Positions 35,549 through 45,813 of a stretch of DNA of 64,000 bases are shown piece by piece. Every line of letters starts with the position of its first letter. The stretch's first letter is position 1. The notes below the pieces were generated by a model that did not search any database, had not been told where the DNA came from, and saw only the letters and a list, made by a program, of their open reading frames with translations. The translations under genes and the position numbers were made by a program. Origin of the DNA: Candidatus Harrisonbacteria bacterium (GTDB lineage Bacteria > Patescibacteriota > Minisyncoccia > UBA6257 > 02-FULL-45-10c); assembly GCA_016214655.1 (NCBI GenBank), contig JACROC010000007.1, positions 14,785 through 78,784 of the forward strand, given 5' to 3'.

Positions 35549-36166
35549 ATGTGGCATGAAATAGATTCTCCCGTCATTCGTTCTATTATGTTAGAAGAGG
35601 AAAAAAAACATATTCAGCGGGCAAAGGGGGGAAATAAAGAGGCTTTTGGGCTTCTTTATGACCATTACTTGCCTAAAATATACAGGTTTATATTCTTGAA
35701 AGTGGCTAATCGGGCAGAGGCTGAAGATCTGGCGCATGAGGTGTTTTTAAATGCCTGGCAAAGTATCTATCGGTATAAAGACGAAGGATTCCCTTTTTCC
35801 AGCTGGCTCTATCAAATAGCCAAAAACGGCGTTATAGATTTTTACCGGACATCCAAAAAAAATATCCAATTGGAGGCCGTTAATGAAGAGTTGGTAAAAA
35901 TCAATGCTAATTATCCGGAAAATCTGGAAACGGCGCTGGCACTGGAAAAATTACAAAAAATCATTCGCCTGCTTAAACCAGAATACCAAGATGTTCTGAT
36001 AATGAGATTTGTGGAAGATATGTCGCATGAAGAAATTGCCGCTATCCTCAATAAAAGCGAGGGGGCGGTGCGGCTAATACAGCATCGTGCATTAAAAGAA
36101 TTAAAGTCTTTATACGAAAAAAATAGCCAATTAAACGACTATGGAACAACTACTCTCGAGGCTTAA
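35549..36166 (+). CDS. RNA polymerase sigma-70 family (ECF-type) sigma factor
   Basis: region 2 (DLAHEVFLNAW) and region 4 HTH (MSHEEIAAILNKSEGAVRLIQHRALKEL). Confidence 0.7.
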   Translation: MWHEIDSPVIRSIMLEEEKKHIQRAKGGNKEAFGLLYDHYLPKIYRFIFLKVANRAEAEDLAHEVFLNAWQSIYRYKDEGFPFSSWLYQIAKNGVIDFYRTSKKNIQLEAVNEELVKINANYPENLETALALEKLQKIIRLLKPEYQDVLIMRFVEDMSHEEIAAILNKSEGAVRLIQHRALKELKSLYEKNSQLNDYGTTTLEA

Positions 36167-36563
36167 GGCCATCGAACCAAATAAGGAATATCGAGAACGC
36201 TCACGGGTGCTAATTTTAAATTCCCAGCAAATTAGCTATCCGACTTTCTTTAATAGGATTTTGGATACCATTCAATATGGCGCCGCTTATAGCTTGGCGA
36301 TAATATTTATTTTCCTGCTAGTCGGAGGATTATCAATGTTTAGCCGCGGAATTTACTCTCCCGCCGTCATTTCCAACCTCGATCCTCAGACGCTAAAGGA
36401 GGAATCTGAAAATTTCGACATCCAAATTCAGCTTTCGCAGGCAGAATATTACGAAAACTCGGCAAAAACGATTGAAATTGCTCTGAATGCCACTTCCGAT
36501 GAAATTAAAACAAATAATGATAAAGAAAGGCTGGACGAACTCCTAAAAGAACTAACCCTATGA
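36141..36563 (+). CDS. putative anti-sigma factor (single-pass membrane protein)
   Basis: overlaps the sigma gene by 26 nt; one TM helix. Confidence 0.4.
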   Translation: MEQLLSRLKAIEPNKEYRERSRVLILNSQQISYPTFFNRILDTIQYGAAYSLAIIFIFLLVGGLSMFSRGIYSPAVISNLDPQTLKEESENFDIQIQLSQAEYYENSAKTIEIALNATSDEIKTNNDKERLDELLKELTL

Positions 36564-37423
36564 ACATGATCTGTAACGTAAATTTCAAAAAACTCTTTCT
36601 GGTATTTACCGCAAGCCTTTTCCTGGGCTTGTTTTCGCCTTTTTCCCGTATCTATGCCCAAGAAAATCTGAAGTCGGTACTCCGGGAAGTCGCCGGGAAG
36701 ATTGAAGGTATCGGCGAAATTGAAAATAATCGCCTGTTAACTGACGAACAACGGGGGCAAAGAGAGGCCACGGCCCGCAAAGAGGCCTTGGGGAAAATTT
36801 TTGACCTTACCCTTTTGGAAGACAAAGATCTGAAAAACAAGCTCAATAATTTGGAAAATCTTTCAGAAGATCAGGAAACAGCGCGGGAAATACTTTTATC
36901 TATTTTTACCGAGAACGAAAATGCTTACCAAGAAATGCAGAAAAGGCTTGCGGCCGCCAAAACTCTGGAAGAAGTAAAGCGGCTTGCTGTTGATTTCAAA
37001 AATTGGAGAAATATAGTTTACAGCCCCAAAGTAGAAAAAATAATTTCTTTTGTGCTGGTTTTCCAGCAGCAAAAAACGCTGGCTATTGCCCAAGAAAGAT
37101 TGGCGAAAATCAAAGCCGATCTAGAGGAATTGGAAAATAGCGGATTGGTCACCAAAGAAGATACTGATAATCTCATTCAGATTGCGGAATCCAGTTTGCA
37201 AAAAGCCGAAGAAATTAACAAGCAAGCGGAGAAAAATAATATCCAGATAATCAACCAATCATTATACCCGCAAAATATGGCGCGTTCGCTTCTGGAAATA
37301 TTCGGCTTCAAAAATTCAGAGCCGCCAAAGGCCCTGGTGGCCAAATCGCTTGGCAAAATAAAAATAGCTTACGCCGCCTTTCTGGATATAAGCAATCTAG
37401 TCAAAGACAAAATCCAAAAATAA
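36560..37423 (+). CDS. secreted coiled-coil protein
   Basis: signal peptide then long helical E/K/Q-rich region; translationally coupled to the upstream gene. Confidence 0.45.
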   Translation: MNMICNVNFKKLFLVFTASLFLGLFSPFSRIYAQENLKSVLREVAGKIEGIGEIENNRLLTDEQRGQREATARKEALGKIFDLTLLEDKDLKNKLNNLENLSEDQETAREILLSIFTENENAYQEMQKRLAAAKTLEEVKRLAVDFKNWRNIVYSPKVEKIISFVLVFQQQKTLAIAQERLAKIKADLEELENSGLVTKEDTDNLIQIAESSLQKAEEINKQAEKNNIQIINQSLYPQNMARSLLEIFGFKNSEPPKALVAKSLGKIKIAYAAFLDISNLVKDKIQK

Positions 37424-37452
37424 TCCCCACATGAATTTATGTGGGGATTATT

Positions 37453-37728
37453 TTATTTAACTGCTTCCTTTAGGGCTTTTCCGGCTCTGAATTTCGGCCG
37501 AACCGAAGCCGGGATCTGGAGTGTTTCTCCGGTTTTCGGATTTCTGCCTGTCCGGGCTGCGGCTTTAGCAGTCCGAAAAGTCCCAAAACCGGTTACCGTC
37601 ACCTCCTCTCCGCGCGAAAGAGACTTAGTAATAACCGCAAAAACAGCATCTGTAGCTATCTGCGCCTGTTTTTTTGTTTCACAATTGGCGACTTTCATTA
37701 CTACCTCAATAAGTCCTTCTTTAGTCAT
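37453..37728 (-). CDS. hup: DNA-binding protein HU
   Basis: GFGTFRTAKAAARTGRNPKTGETLQIPA arm motif typical of HU/IHF. Confidence 0.85.
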   Translation of the reverse strand: MTKEGLIEVVMKVANCETKKQAQIATDAVFAVITKSLSRGEEVTVTGFGTFRTAKAAARTGRNPKTGETLQIPASVRPKFRAGKALKEAVK

Positions 37729-37743
37729 ATAAATTCAGTACGT

Positions 37744-37800
37744 AGTTCGTAGAACGTAGGGCGTAGATTTTTCTACGAACCACGGGCTATTGCCTACGAC
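37744..37800. repeat. hairpin built from CGTAG-type repeats in the HU upstream region
   Basis: GTTCGTAGAA-cgtagggcgtagattt-TTCTACGAAC perfect 10-bp inverted repeat; then cctacgacc. Confidence 0.5.
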
Positions 37801-37905
37801 CTAATAATTCGACCATTGTTTATTACTTATAAAGTTACTTTTAAGTATAACAAAATCTGTAATCTTTAAAAACAAAAACCGCTGGGCGAACCAGGCGGCA
37901 AGTGC

Positions 37906-38208
37906 TTAAAAAATTAAATTTCTAGGAATCGAAAATTCTCCTATGCAAATCCCTTCTTCTCCATCATAAAATACTAGAAAATTTCCTTTTCGCAATTCTT
38001 TTACATAATCTTTCATAGATTCTTCAACTGAAGAACCGCTACCATAAGTTTCGGGACCAAAATATATTCTTTTACGTTTCTTTAGTACCGTTGATCCCTC
38101 AAAAAAACATAAAAAATGAGAGTCTGGCGTTGATAATCTTTTAATCGTTAAAATCCTAGGAATAGAATCCGCAAACTCAAATAAGGTGACGCCTTTCTTT
38201 TTGGCCAT
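37906..38208 (-). CDS. hypothetical protein
   Basis: 100 aa. Confidence 0.4.
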   Translation of the reverse strand: MAKKKGVTLFEFADSIPRILTIKRLSTPDSHFLCFFEGSTVLKKRKRIYFGPETYGSGSSVEESMKDYVKELRKGNFLVFYDGEEGICIGEFSIPRNLIF

Positions 38209-38472
38209 CCTTCATCATTTTCTATTGAAATAATGCTACCTAATATATTAGTAAAAGTGTATCCGGATGTCAAATTTAAAATTCCCCCAAATAACAACTA
38301 AGCGAGGTTAGATTTTCCAAAGCTAAAATAAAACCAGCTTGATGCCTTCTGGAGCGAAGCCCGAGTCCGAAGGACGAGAGCGCGGAACGCGCATGGCGAG
38401 AGGGGTTGAGGAGCGAAATGACGAAATCGCCCGAGCGGAAGTGCTGTTGCCGTTTAAGAAAAGTTTTTCTCC

Positions 38473-39993
38473 TTACCGAGCCACCTCCACTGCGCGCATC
38501 TCCCGAATTACGTTCACCTTGATTTCACCCGGATATTTCATGTCGGTCTGTATTTTATTGGCAATATTCTTTGCCATCTCCAAAGCGCCGAAATCATCAA
38601 CTTTTTCCGGAATAACAAAGACTCTGATTTCCCGGCCGGCAGAAAGCGCGTAGGCATTCTTGACGCCGGCAAATCCAGTAGCGATTTTCTCAAGATCTTC
38701 TAAGCGCTTTATATAATTCTCAACCGTTCCCCGGCGAGCTCCCGGCCGTGCGGCAGATAAGACGTCAGCCGCCGTAACAATATAAGCCTCTGAATTGGAA
38801 TAGGGATATTCGTCATGATGCGATTGCATGGCCTTAACTACCTCTTCGTCAATATTGTATTTTTGCAAAAGCTTCCGTCCAAGTTCAACGTGAGTCCCTT
38901 GTACCTCATGATCAATCGCCTTTCCGATGTCATGTAGGAGAGCTCCTTTCTTGGCGACTTCGATATTAGCGCCAAGTTCCGCCGCCAGCATTGCGGCCAC
39001 ATGAGCCATCTCAATTGAATGCACTAATACGTTTTGGCCAAAACTGGTCCGGAAATATAATCTGCCCAACAACTGGACGATTTCTTTGGGCAATCCAACC
39101 ACTCCGACTTCCAAAGTGGCATTTTCTCCAATCTCCGTCATGCGTTTATTCAATTCCTGCCTGGCCTCTTCAACCTTTTCTTCAATCTTAGCCGGCTGAA
39201 TGCGCCCATCCTTTAACAGTTTCTCCAATGCCATCCTGGCAATTTCTCTCCGCAAGGGATCATAGGAAGAAAGCATTATGGTGTCTGGAGTTTCATCCAC
39301 CACGATTTCCACGCCAGTCAATCTTTCCAAAGTGCGGATATTTCTTCCTTCTCTGCCGATAATCTTTCCTTTTAATTCTTCATTTGGGAGATGAAAAACA
39401 CTAGTAGTCACATCAGCGACATGAGAACGGGCATAACGCTGAATTGCGGTAGTAATGATTCCCAAGCTGCGCTTTTCAATTTCTTCCCGCCTTTCAGTTT
39501 CCAGCTTGCTCATAGCGACTAATAAATCGTTTTTAGATTCCTCCTTAACTTTTTCCAAAAGTTGTTTTTTTGCATCTTCAAAAGACAAGCTGGCAACTTT
39601 TTCCAGTTCTTTCATTATTTTCTGCCGCAAATCATCGATAGCAGCTTTTTCGCCAACTAACCGCTTCATCTCTTCTTCCAAATTAAGTTTTTGAGAAGTG
39701 AAATCCGCCAGCTGTTTTTCCAGCGTTTCTTCTTTCTTTAAAATATGCTCTTGCAGCTTATCAAGCTGGGTCTTCCTGCTTTTTTCTTCAGTTTTAACTT
39801 CTTCTAAAAGTTTCGCCGCACGTTCTTTGGCATCTAAAACAACTTCCTTGGCTTGAGTTTTAGCTTCTTCCAGCCAATTTTTAATTCTCTGTTCAGCAGA
39901 ACTAGCTTGCCTTTGCGCAACGTACTGGCGAATAAAATACCCGGCGGCAATACCCAATAGCAAAAACACCCACACGAATGGATTGGTTAGCAT
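38473..39993 (-). CDS. rny: ribonuclease Y
   Basis: N-terminal TM, coiled coil, KH domain, HD domain (HSIEMAHVAAMLA..LLHDIGK). Confidence 0.85.
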   Translation of the reverse strand: MLTNPFVWVFLLLGIAAGYFIRQYVAQRQASSAEQRIKNWLEEAKTQAKEVVLDAKERAAKLLEEVKTEEKSRKTQLDKLQEHILKKEETLEKQLADFTSQKLNLEEEMKRLVGEKAAIDDLRQKIMKELEKVASLSFEDAKKQLLEKVKEESKNDLLVAMSKLETERREEIEKRSLGIITTAIQRYARSHVADVTTSVFHLPNEELKGKIIGREGRNIRTLERLTGVEIVVDETPDTIMLSSYDPLRREIARMALEKLLKDGRIQPAKIEEKVEEARQELNKRMTEIGENATLEVGVVGLPKEIVQLLGRLYFRTSFGQNVLVHSIEMAHVAAMLAAELGANIEVAKKGALLHDIGKAIDHEVQGTHVELGRKLLQKYNIDEEVVKAMQSHHDEYPYSNSEAYIVTAADVLSAARPGARRGTVENYIKRLEDLEKIATGFAGVKNAYALSAGREIRVFVIPEKVDDFGALEMAKNIANKIQTDMKYPGEIKVNVIREMRAVEVAR

Positions 39994-40086
39994 ATATTCT
40001 TTTGTTCGCTAAGTATTTCATTATTTAATGAATTTATTAGGAACTTGGTTTTTAATTAATTCGATTTTCTATATTATAATTTAACT

Positions 40087-41637
40087 ATGATGAAGCGTCA
40101 AGCAATTTTGGTCATTCTGGATGGCTGGGGCGTCGGCAGAAAAGACGAAACTAACCCCATTTACATTCAAGGCACGCCGAACATAGACTACATCAAAAAT
40201 TATTTTCTGGTTGGCTCACTTCAGGCATCGGGCATCTCTGTCGGCCTGCCCTGGAACGAAGAGGGTAACAGCGAAGTCGGCCATTTGACGATCGGCGCCG
40301 GTAAAGTGCTCTATCAGCATTTTCCAAGAATAACCATGTCCATCCAAGACGGCAGCTTCGCCAAAAACAAAGTGTTCCTTGATGCATTTGAGCATGTCAA
40401 AAATAGCGGCGGCGCCTTAAATATCGCCGGCCTCCTGACTGAGGGAAATATTCACGCTTCTTTTGAGCACCTAGTCGCCCTTATTAAATTAGCTAAGGCA
40501 TACCAAGTTTCTAAAATCAATCTGCATATATTTTCGGATGGCAAAGACAGCGATCCCAAATCTTGTTTAAAAATTTTAAAAAGACTGGAGGCGGCGGCAG
40601 ATGGCGGCTGGCGAATTGGCAGCATATCCGGCCGGCATTTTTCCCTAGACCGGGATAATCACTGGGACAGAACTGAAAAAGCTTATCAAGCATTAATAGG
40701 CAACGCCCCAACCGCCAATACCGTGGAAGAAGTAATAATGAAGACTTATGAAAATAATTCCAATGACCAGCACGTGGAACCGCATGTGATAGATCCGGAT
40801 GCGGCCATTAAAGATAACGACGCCTTGCTTTTTATTGATTTCCGGGAAGACAGCGTCCGGCAAATTACCTCGTCTTTTGTTTTAAAAGAATTCTCCGAAT
40901 TCCCGGTTAAACAATTTTTTAATCTTTATATCGGCACCATGACCAGCTATATGGATAAATTCAATGTTCCGGTCGCCTACCCGCCGGAAAAAGTCGATAA
41001 TCCACTTGCCAAAGTCCTGGCAGACAACAGTAAATCACAACTGCATATTGCGGAAACCGAAAAATACGCTCACGTAACTTATTTTTTCAACGGATTAAAA
41101 GAACAGCAATTTCCTAATGAATACAGAGTTTTAATACCATCCCGAATGGTAGTAAGCCACGATGAAAAACCGGAAATGCAAGCGGCGGAAATTACCTCGC
41201 GGGTCATACAGGCAATTGAAGAAAAGGCATTTGATTTTATATTAGTTAATTACGCTAATGGGGATATGATAGCGCATACCGGCAATTACGAAGCGGCGAG
41301 GGTTGCAATAAAGACAGTTGATGATTCTCTTGGGGCGCTCATTCGCACCGCGCTCCAGAATAATGCGGTCTTAATCATTACCTCCGATCATGGCAATGCT
41401 GAATCAATGCTTAACCCGCGAACCGGCGAAGCCACTACTACCCATGATCCGAATCCAGTCCCGATCTATATTATCGGAAACGAGTTTGTAAAACAAAAAT
41501 CTCCCGGTGATATAGAAACTTCCGAAAGAGAAACGGCTGGAATTTTATCCGATGTCTCGCCAACTATTCTGGAAATCTTAGACATCCCAAAGCCGCTAGA
41601 AATGACCGGCCAAAGCCTGCTAAAAATTTTAAAATAA
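40087..41637 (+). CDS. gpmI: 2,3-bisphosphoglycerate-independent phosphoglycerate mutase
   Basis: 516 aa; N-terminal ILDGWG, C-terminal TSDHGNAE metal-site motifs. Confidence 0.85.
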   Translation: MMKRQAILVILDGWGVGRKDETNPIYIQGTPNIDYIKNYFLVGSLQASGISVGLPWNEEGNSEVGHLTIGAGKVLYQHFPRITMSIQDGSFAKNKVFLDAFEHVKNSGGALNIAGLLTEGNIHASFEHLVALIKLAKAYQVSKINLHIFSDGKDSDPKSCLKILKRLEAAADGGWRIGSISGRHFSLDRDNHWDRTEKAYQALIGNAPTANTVEEVIMKTYENNSNDQHVEPHVIDPDAAIKDNDALLFIDFREDSVRQITSSFVLKEFSEFPVKQFFNLYIGTMTSYMDKFNVPVAYPPEKVDNPLAKVLADNSKSQLHIAETEKYAHVTYFFNGLKEQQFPNEYRVLIPSRMVVSHDEKPEMQAAEITSRVIQAIEEKAFDFILVNYANGDMIAHTGNYEAARVAIKTVDDSLGALIRTALQNNAVLIITSDHGNAESMLNPRTGEATTTHDPNPVPIYIIGNEFVKQKSPGDIETSERETAGILSDVSPTILEILDIPKPLEMTGQSLLKILK

Positions 41638-41646
41638 GAAAACCGC

Positions 41647-41931
41647 TTAACGGCGGTTTTTATTTAATATCCCATCGGATTCAAGAGAAACTGCGAAATA
41701 CCAAAGATCAACAATTGTTATCATGTGTTTATCACCAACCCTTCGCCCTCTCAATTTCCGATTTCTTAAAGCGTGCAAAATTCTCTTTTCCGGGATTCCC
41801 GAAACAAAGGAGGCTTTACCGAGATCAACTTCCGGAAATGGCTCAACTCCGGCTTCTGCGAATTTCTTGGCAACATTATTTTCGGCCCGCATACCAATCT
41901 GATTATAAATATCGCCGCGAGTTCTTGACAT
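41647..41931 (-). CDS. hypothetical protein
   Basis: 94 aa. Confidence 0.4.
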   Translation of the reverse strand: MSRTRGDIYNQIGMRAENNVAKKFAEAGVEPFPEVDLGKASFVSGIPEKRILHALRNRKLRGRRVGDKHMITIVDLWYFAVSLESDGILNKNRR

Positions 41932-41970
41932 TGCTATCCCTTATCTCTATTTTGTGAGTAACTGAAATAT

Positions 41971-43248
41971 ATGATAGCTAATATTGTTACAAAAATCAAA
42001 AATGCCCCAAAAGATTCGGGTGTCTATATATTTTATTCTGGAAAAGAAGTTCTTTATATCGGGAAGGCTTCCAATCTGAAAAATCGTCTTCAAAGCTATC
42101 TGAAAATAACTGATTTTAAAACTGAGGCTCTGCATCGTGAAGCCAACAACTTAAAAATTTTTAAACTCAGCTCAAATATCGAAGCACTCATTACAGAGTC
42201 CCAGCTGATTAAAAATCTGAAACCGATCTACAATGTTCTCTGGCGCGATGATAAAAATTACTTTTATGTCGCTATCACCAAAGATAAATTTCCAAGAATA
42301 TTTTTATCTCATCAGCTCAATGAATATCCCGGCGCTAATTACATCGGGCCATTTACCGAAGGACGGGCAATTAAAGTAATTCTGCGCCTGCTTAGAAAAT
42401 TCTTTCCGTATTGCACCCACAATCAACACTTGCGACTTTGCCTCGACGCCCAAATCAACAACTGTCCCGGATACTGCTGCCAGAAAAATAACCAACAGCC
42501 GACAACTAACAACTTACACCTGATTAAAAAATATAATAAAAATATCCGAAAGATAAAAAATATTCTTACCGGCAAAAATAAAAATTTCATCCACCAACTT
42601 AAGGATCCGTATGAATTACTGGTCTTAGAAAAAATCTGGGCGCATGAACCATATCTCGAGGGTGGAGGGTTAAGGGTTAAGGGTTTAGAAGATAAAAACA
42701 GTAAAGAAAAAAACCTATATCCTAATCCCTATCCCCTAAACCCTAACAAGGTAGAATGCTACGATAACTCCCATCTCTCCGGCAAAGAAGCTGTGGGAGC
42801 GATGACTGCTTGGGTGAGACAAAAAAACGAAAAAACAGAAGAACAAAAGAACAAATGGGAAGCAGAAAAAAATATGTGGCGAAAATTTAAAATCAAAGGC
42901 AGTTATACAGAAGACGATCCGCGGATGATGGAAGAGGTCGTCTCTCGCCGGCTAAATCACCCGGAATGGCCATATCCAGACCTGATTATTATTGATGGAG
43001 GAATCACACAGTTTAATGCGGCTAAAAAAGCAATCCAAAGGTCAAATGTCAAAGGTCAGGCGTCAAATGTTATCAAAGTTATTTCTTTCGCTAAACCGCA
43101 GCAATTGATTTTCGGCTTAGAAAAAAATCCGATTCCGATTACCAAGCTTCCGGAAGAATTCCAAAAACTTATCGGAATGGCAATTCAAAATACCCATAAT
43201 TTCGCGATCCGCTACCACCGGAAAATTCGGTCACGCAACATGCTATAA
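41971..43248 (+). CDS. truncated UvrC-like GIY-YIG nuclease with low-complexity insert
   Basis: GVYIFYSGKEVLYIGKASNLKNRLQSY GIY-YIG; UvrC Cys cluster; C-terminal DNSH..IIDGGITQFNAAKKA endonuclease-like; no HhH tail; insert EGGGLRVKGLEDKNSKEKNLYPNPYPLNPNK encoded by TTAGGG-like repeats. Confidence 0.55.
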   Translation: MIANIVTKIKNAPKDSGVYIFYSGKEVLYIGKASNLKNRLQSYLKITDFKTEALHREANNLKIFKLSSNIEALITESQLIKNLKPIYNVLWRDDKNYFYVAITKDKFPRIFLSHQLNEYPGANYIGPFTEGRAIKVILRLLRKFFPYCTHNQHLRLCLDAQINNCPGYCCQKNNQQPTTNNLHLIKKYNKNIRKIKNILTGKNKNFIHQLKDPYELLVLEKIWAHEPYLEGGGLRVKGLEDKNSKEKNLYPNPYPLNPNKVECYDNSHLSGKEAVGAMTAWVRQKNEKTEEQKNKWEAEKNMWRKFKIKGSYTEDDPRMMEEVVSRRLNHPEWPYPDLIIIDGGITQFNAAKKAIQRSNVKGQASNVIKVISFAKPQQLIFGLEKNPIPITKLPEEFQKLIGMAIQNTHNFAIRYHRKIRSRNML

Positions 43249-43255
43249 TCAATTT

Positions 43256-43615
43256 ATGGGCTTTATTTCAAGAATTATCTTTTCTTTCTTTTCTAATCTT
43301 ATTGCGCTGGTAGTAGCCGGAAACTTCATACCCGGATTCGAATTAACTGATAATTTCGTGAATCTTTTAATTACGGCCGGTGTTTTTATGCTTATCAATA
43401 TTTACATCCGGCCATTGATAAAAATGATTCTGTCCCCGTTAGTGATTCTGACTCTCGGCCTATTTACCTTGGTTATTAATGCCGGGATGCTCTACCTCCT
43501 TGACATTCTCAGTGAGAATGTTACAATAACAGGAATTGAACCTCTTATATACGGAACTTTGCTTATGACGGGCGTAAATCTTTTACTCCATTTTTCGGCA
43601 AAATTCTTATCTTAA
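43256..43615 (+). CDS. DUF360/holin-family-4-like 4-TM membrane protein
   Basis: FMLINIYIRPLIKMILSPLVILTLGLFTLVINAGM pattern. Confidence 0.45.
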   Translation: MGFISRIIFSFFSNLIALVVAGNFIPGFELTDNFVNLLITAGVFMLINIYIRPLIKMILSPLVILTLGLFTLVINAGMLYLLDILSENVTITGIEPLIYGTLLMTGVNLLLHFSAKFLS

Positions 43616-43627
43616 TAACTAGCCATT

Positions 43628-43843
43628 ATGTATCTTCCAATTGCACAGGTAACAGTTTCAATTCTTTTAATAGTCTTAATACTGCTCCAAGAGCGGTCTT
43701 CTGGTTTATCCGGAGTTTTTGGGGGTGAAAGCGAGGGATCCTTTTATCACACCCGGCGAGGATTAGAAAAACTTATCTTCTGGGGCACAATTTTGTTATC
43801 AACGGCCTTTGCCGCCTTAGCTCTTCTTGACCTAATCTTATAA
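43628..43843 (+). CDS. secG: preprotein translocase subunit SecG
   Basis: 71 aa; LLQERSSGLSGVFGG Gly-rich loop between two TM helices. Confidence 0.6.
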   Translation: MYLPIAQVTVSILLIVLILLQERSSGLSGVFGGESEGSFYHTRRGLEKLIFWGTILLSTAFAALALLDLIL

Positions 43844-43916
43844 ACTTCAAGTAGGATGGATTTTGGCCTGCAAGAATCAGTTTCATTAGTAAGCGGCACA
43901 CTGCTTTTAATCTGAA

Positions 43917-45575
43917 ATGAATCGTCTATATCAAATTTTTAATAGTTTTACGAAAACCGAACGGTATATATTTTGGGCGGCATTTTCTATTTTTTTAGCC
44001 GCCAGTGCACTCTGGACCATCTTTACCATTCGGAATTCCACCGTAGAAGTTCCAGTCAGGAGCAGCCGTTATCAGGAGGGCGTTGTCGGCCAGCCCATTG
44101 CCATCAATCCGATACTAGCCGGAACTAATGATGTCGACCGCGATCTTATTGAGCTTTTATTCGACGGATTAATCAATCTTTCCGAGAACTACAAAGTCAG
44201 CGCCGACGGCCAAACTTGGAATGTAATCTTAAAACCGGACCTCCGCTGGAGCAACGGAAAATCGCTTACCAGCGACGATGTAATTTTCACCATTGATGCC
44301 ATACAAAATTCCGACAGCCGTTCGCCGCTATTTTTAACCTGGCAAGGAATAGTAGTAGACCGGATCAGCGAGCGAGAGGTTGAATTTACCCTTAGAACTC
44401 CGTATGCCTTTTTCCTAGATAACCTCAAAGATCTGAAAATTATTCCAAAGCATATTTTCGGAACCATACCGGTAGAAAACTTTCGGTTATCCAATTTTAA
44501 TCTTGAACCTACCGGCAATGGTCCGTATAAATATATCTCCTTTGAAAAGCGCAGTGATGGCTTTATAACTGATTATCTGTTGGCATCTAACGAGTATTTT
44601 ACGGGCGAAAAACCCTACATTAAAGAATTGACTGTCAGATTCTATCAAGACAGTAATCAGCTGCTTAAGGCCTTTAATCGCAAAAAGGTTGATGGTTTCG
44701 GCGGCCTGAATCCAAATAACCTCAAAGAATTAAAGCTGGGATATAAATTATTCGAAAAATCAATTCCGCAATATTATGCCATTTTCATCAACAAGAATAG
44801 CGCCCCCACTCTTGCTAACCAGAAAATTTTATCGGCGTTGAATTTAGCTACTGACAAACAAAAAATCGTCGATCAAATTTTCGGCAACAAAGCAACCGTG
44901 ATAAACGAACCAATTTTACCGATTATAAACGGTTACGAACTATCCGCGGATCCCGGCAATGAATTTTCTATCGAAAGAGCGGGTTCTCTATTAGATGAAG
45001 AGGGGTGGTTAAAAAATGAAAAAACTGGTGTCCGGGAGAAGAAAATCGGAAAACAACTGGCATCACTGGAGTATTCTATTGTTGTGCCGCAGATACCATT
45101 CCTTGTAGAAACTGTAAATATTATTAGAAGCGATTGGGAAAAAATAGGAATAAAATTAAACCCGATAATTTTAAACCCCGCTGATATCGCTAATGAAGTA
45201 ATAAAAACTAGAAATTACCAAATGATAATTTTCGGAAATATCTTAAGAAATAATCCGGATATTTTTTCCTTCTGGCATTCCTCGGAAAGATTTTATCCGG
45301 GCCTCAACTTGGCCCTCTACGACAATAAAAAGGTCGACGCCCTGCTGGAATCCATCCGGAAAAATCCGGATGAAAATTCCAGAAAGGATGATCTAGTTAA
45401 ATTGCAAAAATTAATCAGCGAGGATAAGCCGGCGATCTTTCTCTATTCGCCAGCCTATCTTTATGCGGGACCAAAAAATCTTGGGGGGGTTGAAGAAAAA
45501 ATCATTACTACCCCATCAAAGCGATTCCAAGACATCAACAAATGGTATCTAGAAACGCGGCGAGTCTTTAAATAA
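43917..45575 (+). CDS. ABC transporter substrate-binding protein, family 5 (peptide/nickel type)
   Basis: 552 aa, N-terminal TM anchor, SBP_bac_5-like length and composition. Confidence 0.65.
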   Translation: MNRLYQIFNSFTKTERYIFWAAFSIFLAASALWTIFTIRNSTVEVPVRSSRYQEGVVGQPIAINPILAGTNDVDRDLIELLFDGLINLSENYKVSADGQTWNVILKPDLRWSNGKSLTSDDVIFTIDAIQNSDSRSPLFLTWQGIVVDRISEREVEFTLRTPYAFFLDNLKDLKIIPKHIFGTIPVENFRLSNFNLEPTGNGPYKYISFEKRSDGFITDYLLASNEYFTGEKPYIKELTVRFYQDSNQLLKAFNRKKVDGFGGLNPNNLKELKLGYKLFEKSIPQYYAIFINKNSAPTLANQKILSALNLATDKQKIVDQIFGNKATVINEPILPIINGYELSADPGNEFSIERAGSLLDEEGWLKNEKTGVREKKIGKQLASLEYSIVVPQIPFLVETVNIIRSDWEKIGIKLNPIILNPADIANEVIKTRNYQMIIFGNILRNNPDIFSFWHSSERFYPGLNLALYDNKKVDALLESIRKNPDENSRKDDLVKLQKLISEDKPAIFLYSPAYLYAGPKNLGGVEEKIITTPSKRFQDINKWYLETRRVFK

Positions 45576-45596
45576 AAATCATTACCAATAATATTT

Positions 45597-45680
45597 GCCC
45601 CCGTGGCGGAACTGGCAGACGTACACGCTTCAGGTGCGTGCGGCCGAAAGGCCATAGAGGTTCAAATCCTCTCGGGGGCA
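45597..45680 (+). tRNA. tRNA-Leu (CAG)
   Basis: GCCCCCG acceptor, anticodon stem CACGC/GCGTG with loop TTCAGGT, long variable arm CGGCCGAAAGGCCAT, T-loop TTCAAAT. Confidence 0.8.
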
Positions 45681-45689
45681 CGAAAATTA

Positions 45690-45810
45690 ATAATTAACAA
45701 ACGCGATACCAATATACTAATACGTACGAATTATACTAATAATACTAATTTGATTCGTATTATTCGTATCATTAGCATGAATTCGTATATTAGTATCGCA
45801 ATAGCGTAAG
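45690..45810. repeat. AT-rich dyad/direct repeats upstream of rnj
   Basis: taatacgtacgaatt ... gaattcgtatatta inverted; atactaata / tattagtat; attcgtat x3. Confidence 0.4.
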
Positions 45811-45813
45811 CAT

